Part shown: positions 8,540 through 18,147 of the stretch, in pieces
How positions within the stretch are numbered: the stretch's first letter is position 1
How the letters are laid out: the number at the start of each line of letters is the position of its first letter
Assembly: GCA_964230645.1 (NCBI GenBank)
Contig: CAXRHT010000002.1
Coordinates: 1,632,001 to 1,696,000 of the forward strand
Source of the DNA: Bdellovibrionales bacterium
GTDB lineage: Bacteria > Bdellovibrionota > Bdellovibrionia > Bdellovibrionales > JAGQZY01
Direction of reading: 5' to 3'
Length of the DNA: 64,000 nucleotides
Notes under the pieces: generated by a model
Database searches by the model: none
Told to the model about the DNA's origin: nothing
Seen by the model: the letters and a program-made list of their open reading frames with translations, nothing else
Program-made: the position numbers and the translations under genes

Positions 8540-10393
8540 TTAATTCAAGCCTTCAGGAAACTCCCTTTGAAGGCGAGCCTCCAACTCTTCCATTTTACCG
8601 ATCGAGTGCAAATAATTGAGAAAGACAGCCAATGTTCCATTGGTCCATCCAAAACCTGTCTCGTTTCCATAAATTTCGGAGTTTTCAGGAATAGTAATAC
8701 CGCCATCTTCAGCTCGGAACTTTTCGAAAAACTGACGATCATTTTTAAAGAAAGTACGAATGGCCATGAAACTATAGTCCATTGCCAATTCTTGAGCCTC
8801 TGGCAAGAGCCCATAAGTAAGTAAACTTTGAAAAGCCACTTCATTAAGATTCGCCCAACTCCAGGCACCATCCCATTGGCCAGGTCCTTCTTTATTGGTA
8901 GTGTGAATCGCTAAATGGTCCTCTGGTTTCAAACTCCGAAATAAAGACCTTAAAACAGAACGACTGGAACTATTGTCAGGATAGAGTTTTTTAAAAAATG
9001 GGAAAAAACCAGCCGCTGATATTGTTGGATCTAAAGTTTCAGTGTCATAGCGGTAATCCAGGTAAAGTCCCATCTCACGGTCTTTCAAAAACCGATCCAT
9101 ATTTCTTTTAATGGCTCTTGATTCCGATGCGTATTTCTGACTCTGAGGTTGATCTCCAACTTTGGCGAAGACCTCAGAAAGATAGCTTGTGTATCCCACC
9201 ATAAGAGAATTTAAATCCGCTGGAAAACAATTGGAGGGATTGCCGCCACAGCGAGTGTAAGAAAAGTCCCAACCAAATTCCGCGTAAACTCTTTGAGTGT
9301 GGGTTTCGTGGGCCCGTGGTTCACGAATACTGGCCTCTGGCCTTATCACTAAACGATCGGGATTCCCCTCCCCTCCGGCTCCATCGGAGAACTTAAACAA
9401 TCCGTGAGAGGCTTGATAACGAGGAGTGCCTTTCCAAATATTTTCATAGTAGTCTCTAGTAGCACGCACAATTCGAGCGGCAAGTTTCTGGCTGTTGCCT
9501 TGATTCATAGTTTGAGAGTTGAAACTTAAAAGCTGATTGTCTTCCATCAGACGAACCATCTCCATAAGGACTGGCATTTGAGTTCTGGTTAAATAATAAA
9601 AGCGATTTCCATTGGCTGGTAAACCGTAGACTTCGATCATGTGAACAAAGTTTTCAAGCATACCAAGAGCCGTCGTGTGGTAACCGCTCTCAATCAATCC
9701 TTTCATGATCCAATAGGAATCCCAAAAATAACTTTCAGTAAAGCGACCACCGGCAACGATGTATTTATTGGGAACCCATAAAATGGTGGTGCGAGAATCT
9801 CGCGGAGCCTTTCGAAGCAAAGTCTCCCAAGTTTGATGAAGGCTTTGTAAGGCCTCTGTGACAAAAGAGGTATTTCCAGATCTGCCGCTCAAAAATCCTT
9901 GGTTTCTTAAAGCTGTGTACAAAGGATGATCCTCTGGTCCCTCTTCTGGCTCAAATCTAACCGGCTCAACTTTCTCTCTTGAGAGATCGTAGTTCTGCAA
10001 CAAATAAGCTAGAAGATCCTCATGGGAGAGGTTCTCTGGCTCAACAGCACGAAGGTTTTCAGGATTTATGGGTTTTGTCGGACCGGTATCCTCATCATAG
10101 CGAGGTCTTGCATCCACCAGATCTTTGTAATCTTTTATTGTGCGACTGGAGTTTAAATTATTCATTAGGAATTTTCTAAAATCCTCAGACTTGATTGCCC
10201 ACTGAACATAGGGGTCGGCAAGGATCTCAGGGACTGGAATATTTCTTCTCGAGTAAGGTGTGTAATTCAGTCCTAGATCATGTGTGGGTTTAAAAGCCTG
10301 GCGGCATTGTAAACCATAACTGAAATCACACCATACCAGTAATGCGATAACGATGAGCCAGGGGGCTTTTTTCGGGAGTTTAGAAAATTGCAT
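8540..10393 (-). CDS. Secreted GH37 alpha,alpha-trehalase
   Basis: GGRFTESYFWDSYW, NGNRFYYLTRTQ, GWDFS, QWDG, GFGWTNG; signal peptide. Confidence 0.88.
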   Translation of the reverse strand: MQFSKLPKKAPWLIVIALLVWCDFSYGLQCRQAFKPTHDLGLNYTPYSRRNIPVPEILADPYVQWAIKSEDFRKFLMNNLNSSRTIKDYKDLVDARPRYDEDTGPTKPINPENLRAVEPENLSHEDLLAYLLQNYDLSREKVEPVRFEPEEGPEDHPLYTALRNQGFLSGRSGNTSFVTEALQSLHQTWETLLRKAPRDSRTTILWVPNKYIVAGGRFTESYFWDSYWIMKGLIESGYHTTALGMLENFVHMIEVYGLPANGNRFYYLTRTQMPVLMEMVRLMEDNQLLSFNSQTMNQGNSQKLAARIVRATRDYYENIWKGTPRYQASHGLFKFSDGAGGEGNPDRLVIRPEASIREPRAHETHTQRVYAEFGWDFSYTRCGGNPSNCFPADLNSLMVGYTSYLSEVFAKVGDQPQSQKYASESRAIKRNMDRFLKDREMGLYLDYRYDTETLDPTISAAGFFPFFKKLYPDNSSSRSVLRSLFRSLKPEDHLAIHTTNKEGPGQWDGAWSWANLNEVAFQSLLTYGLLPEAQELAMDYSFMAIRTFFKNDRQFFEKFRAEDGGITIPENSEIYGNETGFGWTNGTLAVFLNYLHSIGKMEELEARLQREFPEGLN

Positions 10394-10678
10394 GGGGTCA
10401 TTATATGGGAAGATGGCGGATTAGTGGGAAAAAGCCCTTCTATCTCGTAATATTTACAAGGGTGTCTGAGACTTGCACGAATCACCCCAGGTATCTGTAA
10501 TCGCTAAGCTTTTGTGGATCCGCCTCTTTTATCAACTAAAATCATTGTGATCAAATATCCACATAATAGAGAAAGACGCTGAAAAACTCTGCAGTATAAT
10601 TGGTCTTTAACCTGAAATTGAGAGAGAGGGTTTCAGCACTCTCGGATCTCATAAAAAACTTCCTGAGGAGGAACACAG

Positions 10679-12022
10679 ATGAATTTTTTTAAACAAATCG
10701 CCCTAACAGTCATTGGCGGCGCATTTTTAATTTCCTGCGCTTCTGGTGAGAAGGCTCAACTAGATACGGCTGATACACAAACAGCACTTAGCAATATGAA
10801 AGAAATGAAGAGCCAGTTGGAAAAAGATCATGTCGACCTATTGGCTCATGATGAATACGAGGCTGGAGTGGCTGATCTTAAAGAAGCCATGGAAGATACC
10901 AAAGAGGGTGATGAAGACCAGGAAATCCTGGAGTCTTTGAAAATGGCCAAAGCCCACTTTATGAAGGCGAAAGAGAAAGCAAACTCTAATCGCTCCAATT
11001 TATCTGAAGGTGTATTAGAGGCCCGGTCACAGGCTCATTCTGCTGGGGCTCGCGCTAACGCAAAACTCAGAGACGAACTCAGTGAAATTGACCACGAGTT
11101 AATGGACGAAACGGATGATTTTACTGATGAGTTGTCGGTTAAGGAAATTTCCCAGTTTCAAAAAGAGTATTTGGCCCTTGAGGTGAACGCCGTACAAAAT
11201 CGCCAACTTTCTCGCTTTAAGAGCATCATTGATCGAGCTGAGAACAACGACGCTGATGATAAGGCTCCGAAAACTCTCAAGCAGGCTCAGACTGACGTTG
11301 CAGTGGCTGAAAATCAAATTGCCCAAAGTCCTCGAGATCCGAGCCAGTATAAGAAAAGTGTTTTGGAGGCTAACAAATCCGCAAAACTCCTCGACGATGT
11401 TATGAATAAACTCATGGGTGAAGCTAAAGGTTCGCCTGAGCAGGTGGCTTTAAAGCTCGTTTACCAAGAAAGAAAACTTGGGAAACTCAGTAAAACCGTT
11501 GGAAATTTACAAGGTAATCTTGCTGAGACAAAAACAGCCTTAGCAAAAACCACGGACAGTCTTGCTGACCAAATGTCTGAGACACTCAGTGCTAAATCAA
11601 AAGTCGCATTTCAGGAAGCCATGGACGCCGTTCGTAAAAACTTCGACAAAGAAGAAGCCGAAGTCTATCAGCAGGGTAATCAGTTGATTTTAAGGCTTAA
11701 AAATATGAATTTTAAGTCGGGATCAGCCTCTATTCCCACGGCTTCAATGGACCTTCTTTCAAAAGTTGAAGGGATCATCAAAGATATTGAACCCGAAAAA
11801 ATTCAAATCCAGGGTCATACAGATTCCACTGGAGGAGATGCTCTTAACCAACAGCTTTCTAAAAAGCGTGCCAAAGCGGTTGCTGAGTACTTCAGCTCCA
11901 AAGGGTCTGACTATGATATGACTCCAGTCGGTTACGGTGAGTCTCAACCCATCGCTAATAACGAAACGGCTAAGGGTCGTCAGAAAAACCGTCGCGTTGA
12001 TATCGTAATTGACGCAAAGTAG
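10679..12022 (+). CDS. OmpA-family peptidoglycan-binding lipoprotein with coiled-coil N-region
   Basis: Lipobox LISC; QGHTDSTG, LSKKRAKAV, NRRVDI. Confidence 0.9.
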   Translation: MNFFKQIALTVIGGAFLISCASGEKAQLDTADTQTALSNMKEMKSQLEKDHVDLLAHDEYEAGVADLKEAMEDTKEGDEDQEILESLKMAKAHFMKAKEKANSNRSNLSEGVLEARSQAHSAGARANAKLRDELSEIDHELMDETDDFTDELSVKEISQFQKEYLALEVNAVQNRQLSRFKSIIDRAENNDADDKAPKTLKQAQTDVAVAENQIAQSPRDPSQYKKSVLEANKSAKLLDDVMNKLMGEAKGSPEQVALKLVYQERKLGKLSKTVGNLQGNLAETKTALAKTTDSLADQMSETLSAKSKVAFQEAMDAVRKNFDKEEAEVYQQGNQLILRLKNMNFKSGSASIPTASMDLLSKVEGIIKDIEPEKIQIQGHTDSTGGDALNQQLSKKRAKAVAEYFSSKGSDYDMTPVGYGESQPIANNETAKGRQKNRRVDIVIDAK

Positions 12023-12044
12023 TATTTTTTAAATAAACATTTTC

Positions 12045-12070
12045 ACTCTCTCCCGAATTTGGGAGAGAGT
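12045..12070. terminator. Hairpin after OmpA gene (terminator or stability stem)
   Basis: ACTCTCTCCC-GAATTT-GGGAGAGAGT; no clear U-tract. Confidence 0.5.
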
Positions 12071-12077
12071 CTCTGTT

Positions 12078-12644
12078 ATGAAACCAATATTAAGCTTTCT
12101 TAGAAAATTATTTTATTTCCTCTCAGCCATTATCCTTTTCGGAGTTGGTGTCTTTCTTTTTTACTATCTCCCAAGCACAACTAAAGCCTATCTCGTTGGA
12201 ACTGAAATAAAACGAGAACTCATCCAAGGTCCTAAGGGTGATAGCTTTAAAGACGTGCGCTACATAGTGGCTCGCGATTTTAAAACCGGTAAAACCCTGA
12301 TGTTCAGAAATGAAGATGTTCCCTGGCCTCCCTACTTCAAGTTTAATTCCGGAGACCTCAGTGGTGACGTCATGAACATTCAGCAACACAGCCCTGATAA
12401 AGTGGTTAATATCACTTACTATGGTTTTCGTGTGCCTTTATTGAGTCTTTACCCGAATGCTACCAAATTTAAGATTGTGCCTAAAGACTATAAGCATGTA
12501 CCTTGGTTCAACATTATTTTTCTTTCCAGCCTTTTTCTTATTTTCTTTTTCTCTTTCTTTAAAGTGCGCAGAAGAGGCAAGCGCAAGAAAGAAAAGGCTC
12601 TTGAGGAAGAAAAAATCATGGCGGAACCAGCCCCTCAGGAATGA
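12078..12644 (+). CDS. DUF1523-like membrane protein
   Basis: YYLP, FRNED, WPPYFKFNSGDL, YGFRVP, PWFNI; two TM segments. Confidence 0.75.
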   Translation: MKPILSFLRKLFYFLSAIILFGVGVFLFYYLPSTTKAYLVGTEIKRELIQGPKGDSFKDVRYIVARDFKTGKTLMFRNEDVPWPPYFKFNSGDLSGDVMNIQQHSPDKVVNITYYGFRVPLLSLYPNATKFKIVPKDYKHVPWFNIIFLSSLFLIFFFSFFKVRRRGKRKKEKALEEEKIMAEPAPQE

Positions 12645-12703
12645 ATTCTTGATATGACATTTCAATTCCCCCATGTATCATATCCTCATTAAAGGAGGCT
12701 TCC

Positions 12704-14131
12704 ATGAGTAAAGAAGTCCGGATTGTAGAGCCCAACCAATTTGAACAAGATGATCACTTTTATTCCAAAGCACTCAATTCTCAACTGCATTCCATGGTCA
12801 GCTATTTCTTCAACCTCGACCATGAGAGGATTATTAAACGCTATATTCATCTGAATCCACAGGTGAGTGCCAAGGCCTTACGTAATATTCTGACTCACCA
12901 AACTAAACACTTTTTTTGGGGTGGCGCGGATCTTTTTTATGTGACAACTGAAGCTGGAAACCGTCGCATGGTGGTTCTGGAAACGAACTCATGTCCTTCC
13001 GGTCAAAAATCAATGCCTCAAAGGACAGAGTCTGATGACTTCAGAGGTTACAAATCTTTAATCGAACACTCCTTTTTACCAACACTTAAGAAAAAACGTC
13101 TGCCTAAAGGGGCACTGGCTGTTATTTACGACAAAAACTATATGGAGAACTCGGGTTACGCCGCCACCATTGCTGACCTCACTGGAGAGAAAGTTTACCT
13201 CATTCCTCATTTTAATGGTGAAGACTCTCACATCAAATTTAAAGACGGAGTGATGCAGGTGAAAACACCAAAAGGATGGCAACCCATCCGAGCCGCCTTC
13301 CGCTACGTCACCCAAAAACCCTGGAATCGCCTGCCGGTGGAATCAAAAACTTTTATCTATAATTCGACACTTGTATGCATTTCAGGAGGCCGAAACAAAC
13401 TTTTAGCGGATAAAGCCTACCAATTTTATAACTCCGACCTTGTGGGTACAGGGTTAAAGATTAACACCCCTGAGACTATTCGAGATGTCAGTAAAGTCGA
13501 GATTCCTCTATGGATTCAGAAATTTGGCGGTTACGCCGTTATTAAAAACCCTTATTCCAATGCTGGACAAGGGGTCTACACCATCACAAATGATCAAGAG
13601 TTACAGGATTTTCTCGATGAAGAGCATGACTATGATCAGTTTATTGTTCAAAGTTTAATTGGTCACTATAAGTGGAGCTCACTCAGCAATCACGGCAAGT
13701 TCTATCATATCGGGACCGTTCCTAATAAAAAGGGAAATATCTATATTTCTGATCTAAGGGTAATGGTCTACTCCTCGCCGGAAGGTTTTTTCCCTTGTGC
13801 GATTTACTCAAGACGTGCGGCTAAACCACTTCTCAAAGAATTTGAGGGAACCAGCTGGGATATGCTCGGAACTAATCTTTCTATAAAGACAGGGCCCAAC
13901 CAATGGGATACAGATACCAACCGTCTCTTATTAATGGACCGTAAAGACTTTAACACTTTAGGAATTGGTATCGACGATCTCATCCAAGCTTATATTCAAA
14001 CTGTGCTCTCCATTATCGCTATCGACAAGATGGCGGAAAAACTACTGAATAGTAAAGGACAGTTTCGAATGAAACTTTTAAAGTCGTTGAATAAAGACGA
14101 CAGTCTCCTGAATGAAATTATTGTGAGGTAA
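12704..14131 (+). CDS. Circularly permuted ATP-grasp peptide ligase-like protein
   Basis: GGADL..VVLETNSCPSG near N-terminus; VIKNPYSNAGQGV, FIVQ, DLRVMV later. Confidence 0.7.
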   Translation: MSKEVRIVEPNQFEQDDHFYSKALNSQLHSMVSYFFNLDHERIIKRYIHLNPQVSAKALRNILTHQTKHFFWGGADLFYVTTEAGNRRMVVLETNSCPSGQKSMPQRTESDDFRGYKSLIEHSFLPTLKKKRLPKGALAVIYDKNYMENSGYAATIADLTGEKVYLIPHFNGEDSHIKFKDGVMQVKTPKGWQPIRAAFRYVTQKPWNRLPVESKTFIYNSTLVCISGGRNKLLADKAYQFYNSDLVGTGLKINTPETIRDVSKVEIPLWIQKFGGYAVIKNPYSNAGQGVYTITNDQELQDFLDEEHDYDQFIVQSLIGHYKWSSLSNHGKFYHIGTVPNKKGNIYISDLRVMVYSSPEGFFPCAIYSRRAAKPLLKEFEGTSWDMLGTNLSIKTGPNQWDTDTNRLLLMDRKDFNTLGIGIDDLIQAYIQTVLSIIAIDKMAEKLLNSKGQFRMKLLKSLNKDDSLLNEIIVR

Positions 14132-14134
14132 GTT

Positions 14135-15124
14135 GTGATTATTGATAATCTTGAGCTTGATAGCATCAAAGAGAACACTAAAACCCATTTCAAAATAAAC
14201 AGTGTGAAAAATGCCTTAGGTGATTTTTGGCAAATTCCTTTAATGGTCGCAAAGGGAAAGGACGGTCCTGTTGTAGGAATCACCGCCGCTCTTCATGGGA
14301 ACGAGCTCAATGGGGTTTCTATCATTCACAAACTTTGGGAAAAAATTGATGCTAAAGAATTACGGGGGACGATCGTACTCTGCCCTGTTCTCAATGTGCC
14401 GGGCTTTATCAACGGAATGCGTGAGTTTACCGATGGCAACGATTTGAATCGCTTGATGCCCGGAAAGAAAAACGGCACCACAAGTGAAGTCTACGCATCC
14501 ATCATATTAGAAAAGATTGTAAAACATTTCGACTATCTCATTGATTTGCACACCGCGAGTTTTGGTAGAATTAACTCTCTTTATGTACGAGCCGATATGA
14601 CTCAAAAAATTGTGGCAAGAATGGCTGAGTTGCAAGAACCTCGTATCATCGTGAACAAAAAAGGCGGAGAGGGAACTCTCCGAGCCGAGGCCACTCGCCT
14701 TGGCATTCACGCCATTACAGTTGAAGTCGGTGATCCTCACTTATTTCAAAGAAAACATATTCGACCTTCTATTTTTGGTTTGAACAATGTGCTAGTGGAA
14801 CTTGGAATGATCGAAGAAGATCACGAGGAGATTGATCACAACGCCGTAGTTTGCAAAAACTCAACTTGGTTTTACGCCAAAAATGGCGGAATTCTTCGGG
14901 TTATCCCTGAGTTAACTGAGACGGTTAAAAAGGGCGAGAAAATCGCTACTATTTCTAATATTTTTGGTGAGGTGATTGAGGAGATTAAAAGTCCTGGCGA
15001 TGCCGTCGTGGTTGCAAAGTCGGTGAACCCCGTCTGTGAGGTGGGCTCGCGCGTGATCCATTTGGGTGAGGTTTGGAAGGATTACGAAGAATCACAAACC
15101 CAAATGGATCGCATCAAGCGATAA
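14135..15124 (+). CDS. Succinylglutamate desuccinylase/aspartoacylase (M14) family protein
   Basis: AALHGNELNG, DLNR, IDLHT, ITVEVG; biotinyl-like C-terminal domain. Confidence 0.9.
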   Translation: MIIDNLELDSIKENTKTHFKINSVKNALGDFWQIPLMVAKGKDGPVVGITAALHGNELNGVSIIHKLWEKIDAKELRGTIVLCPVLNVPGFINGMREFTDGNDLNRLMPGKKNGTTSEVYASIILEKIVKHFDYLIDLHTASFGRINSLYVRADMTQKIVARMAELQEPRIIVNKKGGEGTLRAEATRLGIHAITVEVGDPHLFQRKHIRPSIFGLNNVLVELGMIEEDHEEIDHNAVVCKNSTWFYAKNGGILRVIPELTETVKKGEKIATISNIFGEVIEEIKSPGDAVVVAKSVNPVCEVGSRVIHLGEVWKDYEESQTQMDRIKR

Positions 15125-15220
15125 TTTTAATTAATTAGCTCGGATTTAATCAAATAATTTTCCTAATGAATTAAGAGCAAGTAAAACCCTTCCTGTATAG
15201 CAAAACCCGGGGAGGGAAAA

Positions 15221-15724
15221 ATGAAACAGACACTCGTTTTAATGACCATATTATTTTCATTCGCCAAGGGCGCCCACGCTCTTGATCTCAATGCCATCTA
15301 TGGAAATGGTATGACTTCTGAAATCACTGATTTCGAAATCAATCACTCCAATTATCGCTTGGCAAATTCAGGCTCTGTCATTTTAGATCTTGAAAACGAA
15401 ATCATTCGCTTAGTTCTTTTTGAAAAAGTAGACTGCCCTAAAGATATGGCCTGCATTGCCCTTGCACCAACAACTCATGTTATCGAGCTTCCTATTGTGA
15501 GATCCTATTCTGACTGGTGTGACTCCACCACTTTTGTGGCTGAAATTGACGGACGCCCTCACGATGGTCTTCTTGAAGTTTTAGAGGTCACTGACTTTTC
15601 AAAAATTAGTTGCCGAATAAAAATGCCTTTTATGGTGGAAACAGAGTACCGAACTCTCAACCCTTGGACCAATGAGTGGACTCAATCTAATTTTGGCGGA
15701 AAAGAATTCTACATCTATAAGTAG
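15221..15724 (+). CDS. Secreted hypothetical protein
   Basis: Signal peptide ending AHA; CPKDMACI motif; GGAGG RBS. Confidence 0.75.
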   Translation: MKQTLVLMTILFSFAKGAHALDLNAIYGNGMTSEITDFEINHSNYRLANSGSVILDLENEIIRLVLFEKVDCPKDMACIALAPTTHVIELPIVRSYSDWCDSTTFVAEIDGRPHDGLLEVLEVTDFSKISCRIKMPFMVETEYRTLNPWTNEWTQSNFGGKEFYIYK

Positions 15725-15750
15725 TAGCAGATACCTATTTTGTTGCTCAT

Positions 15751-15780
15751 AAAGCCCACTACTCCTGAAGTGGGCTTTTT
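15751..15780. terminator. Bidirectional intrinsic terminator
   Basis: AAAGCCCACT-loop-AGTGGGCTTTTT between convergent genes. Confidence 0.75.
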
Positions 15781-16435
15781 ATTTTTCTAGGCTCTCACAC
15801 CACTGCACAACTGTTTTGATCATCTCTTCTGTGGGTTTGTGGCGAGCCTCTTTAAAACTTTTAAATCGACCCCGATTGTTTTCCGGAATATTTTTGAAAC
15901 TCTCAATGGCCCCTTGTACTTCCACAATATCATCGAGCTCACCATGAACGGCCTCAACAACCAAATTTTCAGAAAACTTCGGATCTTTAATTTTAAATCG
16001 ACATCCCATTCCAATAACATGCTGAACATTAGTGAGAACTTCGGCCATATGAACCGCACTGTAGCCCCCTTGAGAAAATCCAATGATTGTTTTGGGATGA
16101 TCGTGCAGGCCTAATTTTCTTAGTAGATTTTTGATATAGTCTTGGCAGATATCGTAGTCGACAAAGTACTCATCTTTAAAGTTGTCATAAAAAAACCAGG
16201 AATATCCCACTTTCCAGCTTTTATCCTCTCTTTGCGGGAGAGGAAAGGGGCCCGCCGGGGCTAAGACTATTGATTCCTCGGGAAGTCGATCGGCAAAACG
16301 CTCCCACATTTTTTGAGGGGTGGACATAAAGCCATGCAAAAGAATGTAAATGGGCTCTTTGGGAGAAGCGAACTCCTCTTTATTGATTAAATAATGGCCC
16401 TGAGTCAGGCTTTGAAATTGAACGACTTTTTCCAA
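15779..16435 (-). CDS. Alpha/beta hydrolase (phospholipase/carboxylesterase family)
   Basis: LLHG, GFSQGG, HGELDDIV, late His. Confidence 0.85.
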   Translation of the reverse strand: MEKVVQFQSLTQGHYLINKEEFASPKEPIYILLHGFMSTPQKMWERFADRLPEESIVLAPAGPFPLPQREDKSWKVGYSWFFYDNFKDEYFVDYDICQDYIKNLLRKLGLHDHPKTIIGFSQGGYSAVHMAEVLTNVQHVIGMGCRFKIKDPKFSENLVVEAVHGELDDIVEVQGAIESFKNIPENNRGRFKSFKEARHKPTEEMIKTVVQWCESLEK

Positions 16436-16500
16436 AAGATCTCCTAAGGCATCGGCTCACTATAAAGCTTCGATGTTTTTTAACACAGTATACTCAAATG

Positions 16501-16529
16501 AAAAAAGGGCCAATTCAGGCCCTTTTTTT
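16501..16529. terminator. Intrinsic terminator after ferritin-like gene
   Basis: AAAAAAGGGCC-AATTCA-GGCCCTTTTTTT. Confidence 0.8.
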
Positions 16530-16555
16530 ATTCTTATTTTAAAACCTAAATTTGA

Positions 16556-17011
16556 TTAGGCATTTTCAGGTTTTCTGATCATTTTACGAACTTCGTCCAC
16601 GTGCTCAACCTCTGTTCTCACACACTCTCGTGCCATCTCTTCAAGGGCGATATCCCCAAGTTCAGTCGCTAGATGAACGAGCTCTTTATAATGGACCACC
16701 GCTTGCTCTTCATGCTTCAAACTTTCATGAAGAAGTTGGAGAATACTATGGTCGTTGGATTCTTCAACGGAAGAGGGTGACAACGTGGGATGCCCACCAA
16801 GGGAAGTGATTTTTTCTCCAATTATAGTCGCATGGTCCATGGACTCTGTGGCATTGGCTCGAAACCATTTCTGTATTGGAATTCGATTGTAACCCATAAT
16901 CATAAAGGAGAAGTGCAGGTAGCGATTTACTCCAGACATTTCGATCTGATAGATCTTACCTAGTAATTCAAGAACCTGTTTATTTTGATAGGACTTTTCA
17001 TTTAAACTCAT
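16556..17011 (-). CDS. bfr: Bacterioferritin/ferritin-like protein
   Basis: Four-helix di-iron pattern IEMSGVNRY, ESMDHA, EEQA, EVEH. Confidence 0.78.
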   Translation of the reverse strand: MSLNEKSYQNKQVLELLGKIYQIEMSGVNRYLHFSFMIMGYNRIPIQKWFRANATESMDHATIIGEKITSLGGHPTLSPSSVEESNDHSILQLLHESLKHEEQAVVHYKELVHLATELGDIALEEMARECVRTEVEHVDEVRKMIRKPENA

Positions 17012-17243
17012 GGGTTACTCCTTTGTTTACGGGCCCTATTTTAGGGGGGCATAGATTTCAGTCAAGTGAAAACTAAATGATAATCGAGGTTTTTTCTCCC
17101 AGATTAGAAAAAATTGGGAGACTCGTTTTTGCTTAATGATGAGGTCATTTTAGCAAATGGTTTTCGTTTTCAGTTTCGTAGAGGAAAAGCCATCTTTCTC
17201 ATGTTAGAACCAATAAAAAAAGTCCCCTAAAAAGGAGTGCAAT

Positions 17244-17570
17244 ATGTCTGACAAAAAGCTTGTATGGAGTGACGAAAAAGGTGACGTGCGAAAAAATAAA
17301 GTGGGAAACAGAGATGTTGCTGTTCATGAGGATCAAATCGAACTAAAAGTCCGTCGTCTTACCTCTGGAAAAGGACGAACAGTCATTGAAATCAAAGGAC
17401 TTCCGAAAAACCAAAAATGGTGCAAGGACCTGGCGAAGAAAATTAAAAAGTCTCTCGGAGTCGGTGGCACCTTCAAACAAGATTATATTGAGATCCACGG
17501 GGAAAAGATCGAAGAGGTCACAAAGACTCTTGATAAATTAAATTTGAAATGGAAACAGACAGGTGGGTAA
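17244..17570 (+). CDS. yciH: SUI1/eIF1-family translation factor
   Basis: GKGRTVIEI, LAKKIKKSLGVGGT, IEIHGE. Confidence 0.88.
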   Translation: MSDKKLVWSDEKGDVRKNKVGNRDVAVHEDQIELKVRRLTSGKGRTVIEIKGLPKNQKWCKDLAKKIKKSLGVGGTFKQDYIEIHGEKIEEVTKTLDKLNLKWKQTGG

Positions 17571-17654
17571 AGGACTAACTGTTGAAACTGATTCTCTGTT
17601 GCAAATAAATACCCCCTAAGATAGTTTCTTTTCTTTTAAACCCAGGAGATTGCA

Positions 17655-18140
17655 ATGGCCTCTTTTGATATCGTTTCGGAAGTGAACACCCAAGAAATTG
17701 ACAATGCTGTTAATCAGGCAAGAAAACAAATTCAACAAAGGTACGACTTCAAAGGAAGTAAAAGCGAAATTCAGTGGGACCGAAAATCGATTACGATTCT
17801 TGCTGATGACGACTATAAACTCAACGCCATCAAAGACATCTTGCAAGGCAAGGTCCACCACAGGGGTATTGATATGAGGGTCCTTAAATTTGAGGAGCCC
17901 GTTAAAGCTTCTGGGAATATGTGGCGCCAGCCGGTTAAGATCATTGAAGGGATCGAAAAAGAAGACGCTAAAAAAATGATAAAAATCATCAAAGACTCTA
18001 AACTTAAAGTTCAAGCCGCTATTCAGGATGACAAAGTTCGGGTCACCTCAAAAAAAATCGACTTTTTGCAAGAGTGCATGTCGCTGATCAAAAGTTCTAA
18101 AATCGACATTCCCGTTCAATTTGTAAACATGAGATCCTAG
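17655..18140 (+). CDS. yajQ: YajQ family nucleotide-binding protein
   Basis: MASFDIVSEV, RYDFKGS, KVQAAIQDDKVRV. Confidence 0.95.
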   Translation: MASFDIVSEVNTQEIDNAVNQARKQIQQRYDFKGSKSEIQWDRKSITILADDDYKLNAIKDILQGKVHHRGIDMRVLKFEEPVKASGNMWRQPVKIIEGIEKEDAKKMIKIIKDSKLKVQAAIQDDKVRVTSKKIDFLQECMSLIKSSKIDIPVQFVNMRS

Positions 18141-18147
18141 GACCTCC

